A stretch of DNA of 64,000 nt from positions 62,001 to 126,000 of the forward strand of contig NW_021825710.1 in the NCBI RefSeq assembly GCF_006345805.1, given 5' to 3'. The position numbers and the translations under genes are program-made. This stretch comes from Octopus sinensis (lineage: Eukaryota). This document shows, piece after piece, positions 1 to 12,939 of the stretch (position 1 is its first letter; each line of letters opens with the position of its first letter). The notes beneath the pieces were generated by a model. It was given only the letters and a program-made list of their open reading frames with translations. It made no database searches and was not told where the DNA came from.

Positions 1-300
1 ATGAAAAAGATTATGTGTAATGAAGGTAAGAAGTTCTGGATTTAGTGCAATTAGGTTAGATATAGAATTGTGATGTGTCTGGTGTAAGGGATGTATGGGG
101 GTTAGTGGTATTAATTGAAAGTTTAGTAATGCTCTGTATTATGTTATGTGTTCATATTTAGTTGGAGAAGGTATAGAATAGGGACATGACTTGCAAGCTT
201 CAAAGTGAATGTTGGCTCACCTAGAAATAGCCGCTAAATTTACACTAATTTACACCCTACCATAAATGGAAGGATATATTGAATATTGTAGTCCAAGATA
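1..300 (-). mobile_element. Degraded CR1/Jockey-group LINE 3' fragment
   Basis: Minus-strand translation gives LQVMSLFYTF and an LNPELL-like segment, resembling the post-RT 'SLFYRYY' region of CR1-like LINEs; many stops; runs off the window start. Confidence 0.4.
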
Positions 301-1283
301 CTCTGTGGCTGATACTCTGTGGTTCAAAACAAATCGCGATGGACAGGCTTGTGGTTAAACAATAAAGGACTGAATGTATCTTCTCCTAAATATATTGTTT
401 CCATTGTTTGTTACAAGTAACACCAGAGAACATCTAATACAACTAACCATCACACTTAACAAAATAAACATACTACTCTCACACGCGCACAGAAGACAAT
501 CATATTCACAAAACGCGCAGAAAACATCGTAAAACAATGCAGAAACATATTTAGGCCACCATAAATAAGCAAGTATTGTTGGAAAAAAAAGAAAATATGT
601 TACATTCACAATTTTCATAATAAATTACAAAGAACACAAATCATTGATTACGTACAGATCACATTCATAGACCTTTAACACAACGAAACAAAATACTAAA
701 AATGAAAGATCAGTCTGATATGCCAGAGATATAATATGTTACAACAGAATGTTTTAGGATCTTAGTATTTCATGCAAAATCACCATAAAGCATACAGATA
801 TATCAACACCTCTCAAAAAAATTATCAAACTTTAAAAACGCATACATAAATTGTAGCAGCATCAACAGCTTCATGATCCCCAGTTGTATACTGGGATGCA
901 AACCATAATAAGTGCACAGTAACAACTGTCGTGCTCAAATTTTGATCGCCACTTCCTGGCCATCAGTAAAATCTCTCTCCAATTATATTACATAAACTTA
1001 TCTCAGATGTACTATGCTTGAGTAAAGTATGGATGGTCACTGCTAGAACAATTTTCTCGTTAAATCTGATTTATTAATGCTGATATGGGTAACACGAACA
1101 ACGAGCAAACAACTACGCCACTGAAAATATATCTACGTATTAAGCTACTTTTTTTAAAATCATTAATTGACGAATAATTGTTGTGTAAGTTTGTAACTAA
1201 CAACCTGACAATTTTTGCTTCTTTGCTGCAAAAGAAAAAAATGCTCCTATGAATATCTATATCCAATATTTAGATTCAATTAA

Positions 1284-1465
1284 GGTGGCGAGCAGGCAGA
1301 CTCGTAAGCATGCTAACCAATTTGCTTAGCAGAATTTCGTCCGTCTTTACGTTCTGAATTCAAATTCCACCGAGGTTGACTTCACCTTTCATCCTTTCGG
1401 GGTTGGGGTCGATGTAAGGTAATGATAAGCAATACAAATTTTGACTATCAGGGTCATGTGCAGTC
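1284..1465 (+). mobile_element. tRNA-derived SINE (family 1), diverged copy
   Basis: GGTGGCGAGCAGGCAGACTCGTAAGC (A-box-like) ... GAATTCAAATTCC (B-box-like) ... CCTTTCATCCTTTCGGGG; homologous to copies at 30778-31004, 53494-53690 and 53690-53900. Confidence 0.8.
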
Positions 1466-2209
1466 AAATGTATGTGAAAGAATGTAAACTAATATCTATT
1501 GTTCCTCTTTTGAAGGGCAAAGCGGAATTTACATAATCGGTTCAAACTTTAACTAGAGTTTTCATTGCATTAGTTTACGGAGAGAGGACAGTGACTAAAA
1601 TTTGTGCCAGTCATTATTAGGTATTCCTTACTATACATTTCAGTCTATACAGCATCATTAATTAAATGACTAAATCGCCAACAAAAGTATTATTATACAA
1701 AACAGACCAACAGGTTTATCTGAATTATAATATGTAGTTGTCTATATATTAATATGTATTGTGACTTATTTAAATACCTATAGCGATTTAGCTTTACGAA
1801 ACAAACTTGATATTTTGATTGTTTCCGTATTTTACTGTTTTCTACAGCAGTACAAATCTCATGCGTTTCTAATTTCTGTACCACTAATAAAAGTATGATA
1901 CGTGTGTCTATATATTTCCGTGAACGCCTGTATGTAAGAAACACGATCATGTCCAGGTAAAATATAAAATATATTTCAATATGTTGATTGGTTTCATTGT
2001 GAATTATATCCTTGTTTTATCAATATTTAATATACCATTATATTATTGCTCTAAATCTGATTAGATTTACACTTTTAGTGAGCTCTCCGCTAATTGCTTT
2101 ACACAAAAGAATTATTTTCGTCACAGTTGGGAATTTGTGTGTGTGTGTGTGTGTGTGCGTGCGCGCGCGCGCATGTGTGTGTACGTATGTATGTATGTAT
2201 GTATGTATG

Positions 2210-5200
2210 TCAGGTCACTTTCGAGTGCTACTGGTAACATGTAACCCAGTACAACCTGTTGCATGGTCGGGTCGTCGTCGGCGACTAAACCGGCAACCCC
2301 ACCAAGCTTGCTTGGTGAGGAGGGTGTTTATTGGACACCCTGCTGGATGAAAAACAAAACCCGTCAAAGAGCGGAGGAACTCTTGAGAGTCAACGGCCAT
2401 CCAATAAATGTCTTAAGGCTGTATAATGTGCGGGGACATAGAAATAATCGGACTGAATACCCGATCGCGCGGCTAAACCACTGGGAATGAAGGACTCCTA
2501 GCCTTTGTTAGGGCATCCTTCTAGGAGAAGGTAACTCAGGTAACTGGGATAACTCCGATATAAAACCACAAGTCCTCTGAATGTCCTGAAAGAAGGACTG
2601 TGCTTGTTGCGAAGGAGCTTCAACGCTATGATCTTGACATCGTTGCTTTATCTGAGACGAGATTACCTGGAGATGGTCATCTTACAGAATCTTGTGGAAA
2701 ATATACATTCTTTTGGAAAGGGAGAGATGAAGAGCTTAGCGGAGAAGCTGGAGTGGCATTTGCTGTTAAGACTACTCTTGTGGACAAGTTGGAAGAATTC
2801 CCAATCGGAATTAACGAGCGTCTTATGTCCATGAGAATTCTTTTGGCTAAAGGAAATTATATGAACTTGGTGAGTGTGTATGCTCCAAATATGTGCTACA
2901 CTGATGACGAAAAACTTTCTTTCTACCATGCTTTGAAGGGCATTATAAGAAATATCCCTCGGGCAGACAAAGTCATTGCACTGGGTGACTTTAATGCTAG
3001 AGTGGGTAGGGATTTTAACACATGGACTGTAATTGGAAAGCATGGGGTGGGGAAGTGTAATAGTAATGGCATGCTTTTGCTGCAGATGTGTGAGGAGCTG
3101 AGTCTGTGTGTTACCAATACCATGTTTCAACAAAAGAATAAGCTTAAGACTACATGGATGCACCCTGCATCTAAAGAATGGCATATTCTGGATTACATCC
3201 TAGTTAGGGTGCGTGACAGACAGGATGTGGAGTGTGTTCGTGTTCTTCGTGGAGCTGAGTGTTGGACTGACCACCGCCCAGTACGTGCAAAAGTGAAATT
3301 AGTCACAAAACATAAAATCCGAGCTGCAGGGATGACCCTGCCTAAAAGACTGAATGTTGATCGTCTTAGGTATAATAGTGTGAAGAGAACTTTACGAGAG
3401 GAAATGAATGCTGCAGATATTAGGGAGGATTGGCCGACTCTTAAAAAGTCAGTTTATGATATAGGCAAAAAAGTTATGGGATTGATACAAAGAAAGCATC
3501 AAGATTGGTTCAAAGAAAATGATGAACATATAGATGATTTATTGGCTGATAAAAGACGTACTTTGTCACGCTATTTGTCAGCAAAGTCACAGGAAAGGGA
3601 AATGTTGCATAGGGAACTCAAGGACGTAAAATCTCGTGTGAGGCAAAAGCTCTCTCAGATGAGGGATACGTGGTGGAGTAAGAAGGCTGACGAGATACAG
3701 GCGGCATCAGATTCCAATAACACAAAGCTGTTGTATGGTCTCTTGCAAGAAATTTATGGACCGACATCTTCCCTGATGACACCACTTCGAAGCAGGGATG
3801 GTAAAGAACTTCTTCGTGATTCACAAGGAATTCTGCAAAGGTGGCAAGAACACTTTGATGAACTTTTGAATCAGCAGTCTGTAGTTAGTGAGGATGTTCT
3901 CAATCTCATCCCTGGATTACCTGTGAAGGCAGCACTCGCAGAACCACCAAAGTTGGAAGAAGTTGCAATGGCTGTCTCAAGGTTGAATAATGGGAAGTAT
4001 CCGGGTATGGATAGCATACATGCGGAGTTGTTACAACATGGTGGTGAGAAAATTCTGCAGAAACTTCACTCTTTGTTTGGTAAGGTATGGACTAATGAAT
4101 CTGTACCTGAGGACTGGAGAGATGCAGTAATGGTGGTCCTGTATAAGGGAAAGGGCAACAGGAATGATTGTGGTAATTATAGGGGAATATCATTGCTGTC
4201 TGCTGTAGGAAAGGTTTTATGCAGAATACTTCTGGATCGTCTGCTGAAATACATTACAGATTGTGTTCTTCCAGAAAGTCAATCTGGCTTTCGTGTGGGA
4301 CGCAGCACTGCTGATATGATCTTTTCAGCTAAACAGCTTCAGGAAAAGTGTGTGGAACAGGGTCTGGATTTGTATCAGGTGTTTGTCGATCTGACAAAAG
4401 CCTTTGATACCGTCAATAGAAAAGCATTGTGGAAAGTCCTCCAGAAACTTGGGTGTTCTGAAAAGTTCCTTGCTTTGGTCAGGTCTTTTCATGAAGACAT
4501 GAATGGTAGGGTGAATGTTAGAGGAAAGATGTCGGAGCCCATTTCAATACAAAATGGAGTGAAACAGTGGGATATTCTGGCACCGACCCTATTTTCCATA
4601 TATTTCGCGATGGTGTTCTGTATTGCATTCAGAAACTGCAGATACGGTGTTTACGTCCATTATCGAACCTCTAGCAGCATATTTAATATCAGGCGCCTTG
4701 CTGCAAAAAACAAAGATATTTACCTCTATCATAAGAGACCTTTCGTATGCTGATGATTGTGAGCTAGTAGCACACACAGAGATTGATATGCAACACATTT
4801 TGAATGCATTCTCTGATGCTTGCACTGCCTTAGGATTGACAGTCAATCTCAAGAAAACTGTTGTCATGCATCAACCTGCCCCTGGTAAGCAGTATAGTGT
4901 ACCAAATATCTATGTGAATGGTAAACGACTTGATGTAGTCGATCAGTTTGTCTACCTGGGAAGCACTATTAATAGATATGGCAATGTGGATGATGAAGTT
5001 CCATATAGAATTAGGAAAGCAAGTGTTGCTTTCGGAAGGCTAGAAAAGCGCCTCTGGAGTTGGCGAGACATATGCAGAAAGACAAAGATAAAGGTGTACA
5101 AGGCATGTGTGCCCCCTTCTCTTCTCTATGCCTGCGAGACGTGGGTCACAGATCGATACCACCTTAAACATCTGGAACGTTTCCATCAGATGTGCCTCAG

Positions 5201-5951
5201 ACGGATCTATAGCATTAAGTGGAAGGACCGCATCAGTGATCTTGAAATACTCGAAGGCTCTCGGTGTGAAAGTATAGAAGCTCTTGTGGCTTAGATGCCA
5301 AAACAACGCTTTTATGGAGAGTTAGCTAAAGGAGAACGACCTCCACATAAACCAAAAAAGAGGTATAAGGACTTACTGAAGGCTTCCTTAAGAGATGCTT
5401 GCATCTCTCCTGACACATGGGAAGGCATAGCTATTGATCGTAGCAGGTGGAGAAGGATTGTGCATGAGGGGACAGCCACGTTTGAGAAATCTCGAGTTGC
5501 ACATGAGAAAGTAAGGAGGGATGTCAGGAAGGGCATCGCTGTTACACTTCCAGAAGGGAAGGGTCTTCCTTTGATTCTGACATGCAATGTCTGTGTAAGA
5601 CCCTGCCTTAGTAAAGCTGGACTCATGAGTCATCTTCGTAGTCATAAATCGAGACAGATGAGTGACAACCTGGCCACTGGTAGTGGTGTAACACACCATA
5701 CTAATCATATCTGTCGGGCATGTGGAAGAGAGTGTAATTCGGCAGGAGGACTTAAACGACATGCAAAGGTACATGAAGCCCAGTTACAACTACAGCCGGT
5801 TATTACCAGTAAAGGTCTCAGTTGCCAATTTTGTAAAAGACATTGTAGATCTTTAGCTGGGCTAAAAAGTCACATTCGATCATAGCACCAGTAACGGTTA
5901 AGCTTCGTGCAATGGCCATACTCGATAACGAGGGGGCAGCCATAAAAGAAA
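2210..5951 (+). mobile_element. Near-full-length RTE-clade (BovB-like) LINE, defective
   Basis: Structured 5' UTR 2210-~2570, APE endonuclease + RT + C-terminal zinc fingers; flanked on both sides by (TATG)n (2183-2209 and 5952-6033). Confidence 0.93.
2600..5885 (+). pseudogene. RTE ORF: AP endonuclease, reverse transcriptase and three C2H2-like fingers (one frameshift near 4620-4750, in-frame stop at 5292-5294)
   Basis: APE motifs DIVALSETR, VSVYAP, LGDFNARVG, WMHP, LDYILV, TDH; RT motifs NYRGISLLS, QSGFR, FVDLTKAFD, GVKQ(W)DILAPTLF, YADD in the +1 frame, YLGS; fingers CNVC..HLRSH, CRAC..HAKVH, CQFC..HIRS. Confidence 0.92.
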
Positions 5952-8136
5952 TGTATGTATGTATGTATGTATGTATGTATGTATGTATGTATGTATGTAT
6001 GTATGTATGTATGTATGTATGTATGTATGTATGCAATTTTTGAAATTGATCAAATGATTTCTCATTAACTGCAAGAGTAGTTATAAAAAGAAATTAAATT
6101 TGTCTGGGTTCCAAAGCTGTAATAATCTACTTTCCCAAAGAATAGGATAGACACCGATACTATATGATCGTCAGCTAGAGTTATAAACATTACGAAATTA
6201 TTGATGAATAAGAGTACTGAATTAACATGAATTCCGCCGGGTTAAGGTGGCTGCCTTTCAGCTCAGTAACGAATTTTTTTACTTGTTGAAAATAATTAAA
6301 ACTCTAATGAGAATCATTTACTATGCTACAACAAAACGCTAGCGCAGTGCCAATAATATTTGGTGACATGCTTAAAACAGACGTTCTTGCTCCATAAATC
6401 TTCTGGAATTCAAAGTTTTCTTTCATCCTATATTTAACTGTCCAATAAATCTCTTTTCATTATCTTCTGCGACAATCACTGGTTTACTAAACAGCTGGCT
6501 ATAGTCTTTACCATCTTTCCCCCTCTCTTTATTAAACCCACTCTCTTACATCACTTACACCTTTCTTTTCTCTCTTCCCCATTCAAGCTCTATTTTTTTT
6601 TTCTTTGTCTTATTCTCCTCTTTCGCACGTTCTCTCAACCCTGCTTCTTTTTTTTATAATGCTTCATTCCTCACGTTTCCGTCAACATGTACGAACGAAC
6701 TCTCTCTCTCACACACACACACATTCTCTCTCATACATACACTCATGATCATTGAGACCCAGTCGTAAATGGAATTACAACAGACTTTTCTTTTGTTATG
6801 AATCAGCATGATGTCATATTTTATGAATTAACAAGCGGTAGCACGCTATCTTTTAGTTAATATATTTTTTGTCAATGACATGGGCTTTTATACATATACA
6901 TAGTAATTATTTAGTGTGTATTTTTGCACGAGAGGAAGGGGTTAAATGACAAAATCCTTCAAGTCGGTGAATAAATAACAAAGGAAGAGTTGATAATCAC
7001 TGACGATTACTTGATGGCTCAAATTACTTGTAGTAGCAGTTGTTGATGTTGTTGTTTCACCTCAGATGAGTTCTGACCTACAATTAATGTCTTCCAGTCG
7101 TAACCAGACCATGTTCTACATTTTGTTTGTTTACATGGTTACTTCCTTCTGAAGGCAAATCGATTGATTTTTGGCTGCTATTTTTAACAGATAAATCGGA
7201 CAGTGACACCCTTAGTTGTTTTCGTTTAACCCCATGTTAGTCTTAAATGAGTAGGTGTATGATAAAAAACGGTTGCAACTGTGATCAGCCTATTTGTTTG
7301 AATACCAGTGTGTCCTTATCTTTGATTTTTCTTTCAAGATGGTATATGGTGTTAAGCAAATAAAAATTCTTTCACTGATTTGTAGTCGCTTTGATATATA
7401 TATATGTGTGTGTGTGTACGTATGTATACCTTAGGTTATACATTTAATTAAACAACTGTTCCCTTCAAAATTGATGTTTTGGGTTTTTTTTTTTTTTTTG
7501 CTGTCGTTGATGTTTCTCTTCACCCAAAGATGCTTTTGAAAGAAATTCGGTTTTGATTTTGCGGCGGATGTAAAGTAAAAATTTGAAAATAAAAGAAAAA
7601 GAACATATGAGAACAAACAACGCAGATGTTTGCAATAACTTCAAATAAACTATGCAACAATCCGGATACTTATTGATTAGAGCACGTAACGCATTCTGTG
7701 TGGGTTCGTAATTGGTGTCGCTTCACTTGCGTAATTGGTGTCACTTCACTTGCGAGAAATGCACAAGCAAACCGATTATCTCAATATATAGACATATATA
7801 GACATAGACTAACCAAATAAATGAGCTTTGTGGTGTGATGTCGCGCATTCAGATCTTGCTTAGTACGTTACTCAAACCAAACGGATTTTTCCATACGAAC
7901 AAAGAAGCTAGGTCGCCTGACCTGCAAGAAATAGCATCCAAATCTCCTTCAACTCACTTATATTAAATAAATACGTTTGTCAGAATTGAAACGCATTCCA
8001 TTATTCTTTCTCTCTCTTTCTGTCATTCTCGCTCGCCCTCACTCACTCACTATATATATGTACATATACATGCATATACATATGTATGCATATGTATACA
8101 TATAAAAAGACAAAGACATTCATACAAACATACATA

Positions 8137-8262
8137 TGTGGTCTGATCAATAAGTACCCGGACTGTTGTCACAGTAACGAAGCTAAAGCATGCAGAGTAA
8201 ATCCGCATGGCTTTAGCTTCATTACTATGGCAACAGTCAGAACACTTATTGATCAGACCTCG
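8137..8262. mobile_element. Mariner-type fold-back MITE (126 bp, TA flanks)
   Basis: TA|TGTGGTCTGATCAATAAGT...GAAGCTAAAGC pairs with GCTTTAGCTTC...ACTTATTGATCAGACCTCG|TA; almost the whole element is one imperfect inverted repeat. Confidence 0.75.
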
Positions 8263-8313
8263 TACATATGTATATTTATATATACTTTATTTAAAAGTAT
8301 ATATATAACGAGA

Positions 8314-9420
8314 ATGGGCCCCAATTTCGCCAATCTCTTTGTTGGCTACATTGAGGCCCAAGTATTCACCCAATTCTCCGGGCCGACCCCAGAACTATAC
8401 GGTCGCTACATAGACGACTGCATAGGCGCCACCTCCCTTTACCGCGAACAACTCTGTCACTTCGTCTCTTTCCTCTCTAACTTCCACCCCTCTCTACAAT
8501 TCACTTCCACCATCTCCAATACTTCTGTTAACTTCCTTGATATCTCTCTCAGCATCGACCACCCCTCCAACTCTCTCACTACCTCAGCCTTTTTCAAACC
8601 CACAGATTCCCACCTCTATCTCAACTTCTCCTCCTCCCATCCCTTCCACAACAAACGGGCCATCCCCTACTCCCAGTTCCTCCGCCTCCGACGCTTGTGC
8701 AGCCGCGACCAGGATTTCGAGACCCAGTCTCAATACCTGGCCCGCCTGTTCAGGCATCGAGGATACCCACCTACCCTGGTCTTGAACGCCCTCGCCCGCG
8801 ATCGTCGCATCGACCGCACCACCGTCCTTTCTCCTTCCTCTCACCCACCCCCCAACCGCACCGCCTTTCCCCTCCTTTTCCACCCCTCTACTCTACCCAT
8901 TCGTCGGAAGATACTACTTCCCTTCCGTCGTCTCCAGCTCGATCCCACGACCCGCCCCATTTTCTCCAACCCACCCCTGTATTCCTTCAAACGAGCCCGG
9001 AATCTAAGCGACCTCCTGGTCCGTAGCACCCTCTCTTCTTCCCCCTCAGCCCCACACGGATCCTTCCCGTGCTCCAGATCCCGTTGCAACACATGTCCCT
9101 TCAGCGAACTGTACGTATCAGACATTCTTTTACGTGTACTTCGTCTGGTCTCATATACTGCATTAAATGCAACCTCTGCGGAATGCTGTATATAGGACAG
9201 ACGGGACGCCGGTTGTCAGACCGATTCGCCGAACATCTAAGGGATATTCGTCTACGGTCCCGTCGCACGTCACTTCCGCTCGGCCAGCCATTCCCCCGAT
9301 GACATCTCTGTGTTTGGTCTCGCCCCACACAACGGTCCTCCACAATCCAGGCTTCACTTGGAGCAACGTTTCATTTTCACTCTACAGACACGGACTCAAC
9401 ACAACCCCCTCCTCTTAGTG
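8314..9420 (+). pseudogene. Penelope-like element ORF (5'-truncated RT + GIY-YIG endonuclease), frameshifted
   Basis: MGPNFANLFVG, YGRYIDD, VNFLDI, FKPTDSHLYLNFSSSHP, CSRSRCNTCP, then in another frame LIYCIKCNLCGMLYIGQTGRRLSDRFAEH (GIY-YIG) and LEQRFIF. Confidence 0.92.
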
Positions 9421-9479
9421 ACTGCGCTCCACCTCTCCCAACTAGCAACTTTTTTTTTAATACTTTGTCCTTATACAGT

Positions 9480-10275
9480 TACACACACACACATACTCAC
9501 GTATCCACGAACACACCTACTTCCAACACACCACACTCATACAACCTACATGCACATGTACGCACACATACTTCCACACCTATACACACACCCACACACA
9601 CACACCAGCAAACAATACTCATACAGATACGCACACTCTTATAAACACCTAGCAGAGACACGCACACACATACTCGCACGTAAGCGCACACAAGCACGCG
9701 CATGTACATTACGCCCACACAACTCCAGAAAAAAAAACCCACACACACGCATACATTCACAAACACACACATACATACGTACAAACACATACATACATAC
9801 ATTCATACATACATACATACACACACATACACACACACATACACACATACACACACACATACATACATACATACACACATACATACACACATACTTACAT
9901 ACACACATACACACACACATATACACACATACACACATACATACACACATACATACACACATACATACATATATACATACATACATACACACACACACAT
10001 ACACACATACACACATACACGCATGCACACATACATACATACACATACATATACAGACATACATACATACATACATACATACATACATACATACACACAC
10101 ACATTTACGCACATACACACATACATACATACATACATACATACACACATACACACATACACACACACATACATACATACATACATACATACATGCATAC
10201 ATACATACATACACACATGCATACATACACACACACATACACACACACATTCACACACATACATACATACATACA

Positions 10276-10306
<31 letters not shown>

Positions 10307-11170
10307 GGGTTGGCTGTATTGCAGGCGTGCGTCAGTGTGTGTATATGTGTGCCTGTGGATTCACATACACCCACACCAATTTTTTTCCATCAATCTTTCA
10401 ATTATAAAGTGTGTGCTTGCATACATATATAAACACACATATAAACACACATATAAACCTCTACATTTGTACACACACGCACATATATACATACATTCAC
10501 TCGCACGCACGTACACACACACGCGCACACACTCACACCTTTACATATATATACTATACACGCACACACACACGTACAAATACACACAAATTCACATACA
10601 CACCGACACATATACATACACACAATATATACCTACATGCGCACGCACACATACACATACGTACACACACACACATACAAACGCACACATACACGCACGC
10701 ACAACTACACGCACATCCATACACACACACACAGACACAAATGAACCCACACATACATCCCATACACACGGCACACAATTATAAATACACGCACACAATT
10801 ATACATACATATATATACACACACACGCACGTACAAGCACACACGCACACATACACTAAGTTAAGCACAGTTACTTGCCACACACCCAAACTCTACGCAT
10901 GCACACACGAACACACACGAACACACACATACACACACACACTACAAACAAAACACACACACGATACATATACATACACGCACGCACACATACCTCTTTG
11001 TTTTTGACCTGTGCTGGACACAAAAATCACCACTCCTTATTCTTACAAACTGGCCAGCTACTAGCCAGTTGTTCGCCATACACACATACACAGACACGTG
11101 TCATCATTGCACACATACACACACCCGCGCACCCGCAGACCTCCGCGCACGCACACATCCACGCACATTT
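9480..11170. repeat. Compound (CA)n/(TACA)n microsatellite field
   Basis: About 1.7 kb of CA/CATA/CACATA units; source of the HT/YI/VC-repeat pseudo-ORFs. Confidence 0.95.
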
Positions 11171-11470
11171 CCTTGTCCTTACCATACTGTCTTTGAAACT
11201 CTCCTGTCTTTAAAAAACATTATTCTTCCACCTTTCAACTTCCGGTCCTTCAATGTGTGACCTCATGAGTACCGCCAGCGATATTTTTTCCTCTGTCTTC
11301 CCTTCTCGGGATCTTTCCTTCTCCTATGTTTCCGACGAAGAGCTCCGCTCGAAACGTTAAATCCTCCTTCTTCCCTTCTTTCCTGAGCGTCCAATAATAC
11401 TTTATTTGTTCTACGTCCTCGCGTTGCTGTGTTTTTTTGTCTTTTTGTGTTTTCTTGTTTGGATTAACTT
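11170..11470 (+). mobile_element. Penelope-like 3' terminal repeat (pLTR) with mini-hammerhead
   Basis: Pyrimidine-rich terminus containing GAGC-TCC-GCTCGAAACGTTAA, ending at (TA)n; a related GCTCGAAACGT terminus occurs on the minus strand at ~25170-25280 and ~54130-54320. Confidence 0.7.
11327..11362 (+). ncRNA. Minimal type I hammerhead-like motif (U4C core variant)
   Basis: GTTT-CCGACGA-A-GAGC(TCC)GCTC-GAAA-CGTT-AAAT; palindromic ACGT stem III, stem I GTTT/AAAT. Confidence 0.6.
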
Positions 11471-11687
11471 TATATATATATATATATATATATATAATTC
11501 ATAACTGAGGGCAAAGGAAAAAAATTCTAATGCCAAATATGCCGAAAATTGGACAAATTGTCCATTAACCATATAATTTTTTCAACAATACGCACGCTAC
11601 TCGAAAAAAGGCTGTTGTGCCCATCACTTAGTATTTGCTTCTTCCATGGGTGCGAGTAAGTATCTCATTTATTTCTTATGCCACATG

Positions 11688-11745
11688 TATCACTGACGAA
11701 GAGAGGGCTCTTAGTAGCTAACTCTGAAATCGGTCCGATAGGGTA
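11688..11745 (+). ncRNA. Type I hammerhead ribozyme, copy 1 of the 497-nt unit
   Basis: CTGACGA 11693-11699, stem II AGAG/CTCT, GAAA 11726-11729, palindromic stem III ATCGG-T-CCGAT, AUA triplet (cut after 11740). Confidence 0.8.
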
Positions 11746-12184
11746 ATAATGAATTTTTTAGAAATTTCTGTCAGCCTTTTGTCGAGTAGCGTGCGTATTG
11801 TGAAAAAATTATATGGTTAATGGACAATATGTCCAATTTTTCGGCATATTTGGCATTAGAATTTTTTTCCTTTGCCCTCAGTCATGAATTGTTTATAAAT
11901 TTAACCGTTAAAGGTATTTTTTAATATGCTGGCCATTGATAAAATTTTTTTCGAGAAAATATCTTTTTCGAAAAGAATTTTATCCTCACATTTGATATAA
12001 ATTTAAGCGTTCACTTCCGAACTAACTCACTCTGTGAGAGCCTCAGTTCAAATCGCACGTGCCTCGAATGGGCTGAAGTATTTCTATTTTGGATGTATTT
12101 GGGGTACTTAGTTGTGCCCATTACTTAGTATTTACTTCTTCCATGGGTGCGAGTAAGTATCTCATTTATTTCTTTTGCCACATG

Positions 12185-12242
12185 TATCACTGACGAAGAG
12201 AGGGCTCTAAGTAGATAACTCTGAAATCGGTCCGATATGGTA
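12185..12242 (+). ncRNA. Type I hammerhead ribozyme, copy 2 of the 497-nt unit
   Basis: CTGACGA 12190-12196, AGAG/CTCT, GAAA 12223-12226, ATCGGTCCGAT-A (cut after 12237), stem I TATCA/TGGTA (5 bp including one G-U). Confidence 0.85.
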
Positions 12243-12492
12243 ATAATGGAATTTTTTAGAAATTTCTGTCAGCCTTTTTTCGAGTAGCGTGCGTATTGTG
12301 AAAAAATTATATGGTTAATGGACAATATGTCCAATTTTTCGGCATATTTGGCATTAGAATTTTTTTCCTTTGCCCTCAGTTATGAATTGTTTATAAATTT
12401 AACCGTTAAAGGTATTTTTTAATATGCTGGCCATTGATAAAATTTTTTTCGAGAAAATATTTTTTTCGAAAAGAATTTTATCCTCACATTTG

Positions 12493-12649
<157 letters not shown>

Positions 12650-12939
12650 GCATACACACATGCACACACGCACCGTATACACACACACATATCCCTCGTT
12701 TTTTTTTCGAAAAAGAAAGAAGAAAAAACAGAGAACAAGCAACACCATTACCTTTATACGTGAACATAATAAATTCTAAATACATACATTGCAATATAGA
12801 TACATAAAAACAACCATTTCAAAAGGAATACGTTAGGGAATTAATAAAAATCCTAATATCGTAAGAGTACGTTCTTACCACAAAAGATGTTGACAACTGT
12901 GTAAGGAGTGGTGGTGTAAAGAGCATTACTAGGAGGATG

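Noticed and set aside
355-1266. Hydrophobic minus-strand ORFs (87 and 68 aa) vaguely like a decayed 7TM receptor
   Set aside because: No diagnostic motif, several stops and frameshifts between the pieces; T-rich composition alone gives hydrophobic peptides. A tBLASTn/HMM search would be needed.
2900-2915. CTGATGACGAAA inside the RTE ORF (and CTGATGA at 4752 and ~28524)
   Set aside because: No stem II between core halves; these are coding sequence (TDDEK, YADD) or lack pairing.
7705-7755. 22-bp direct duplication CGTAATTGGTGTC(G/A)CTTCACTTG as a CRISPR-like repeat
   Set aside because: Only two adjacent copies, no spacer, eukaryotic context.
9497-11213. Long ORFs of HT/YI/VC/MY repeats (also at ~12.5, 15, 25, 30.2, 36, 40.5, 42.7, 44.7 and 63.3 kb)
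   Set aside because: They are translations of (CA)n, (TA)n and (TATG)n microsatellites, which lack stop codons in some frames.
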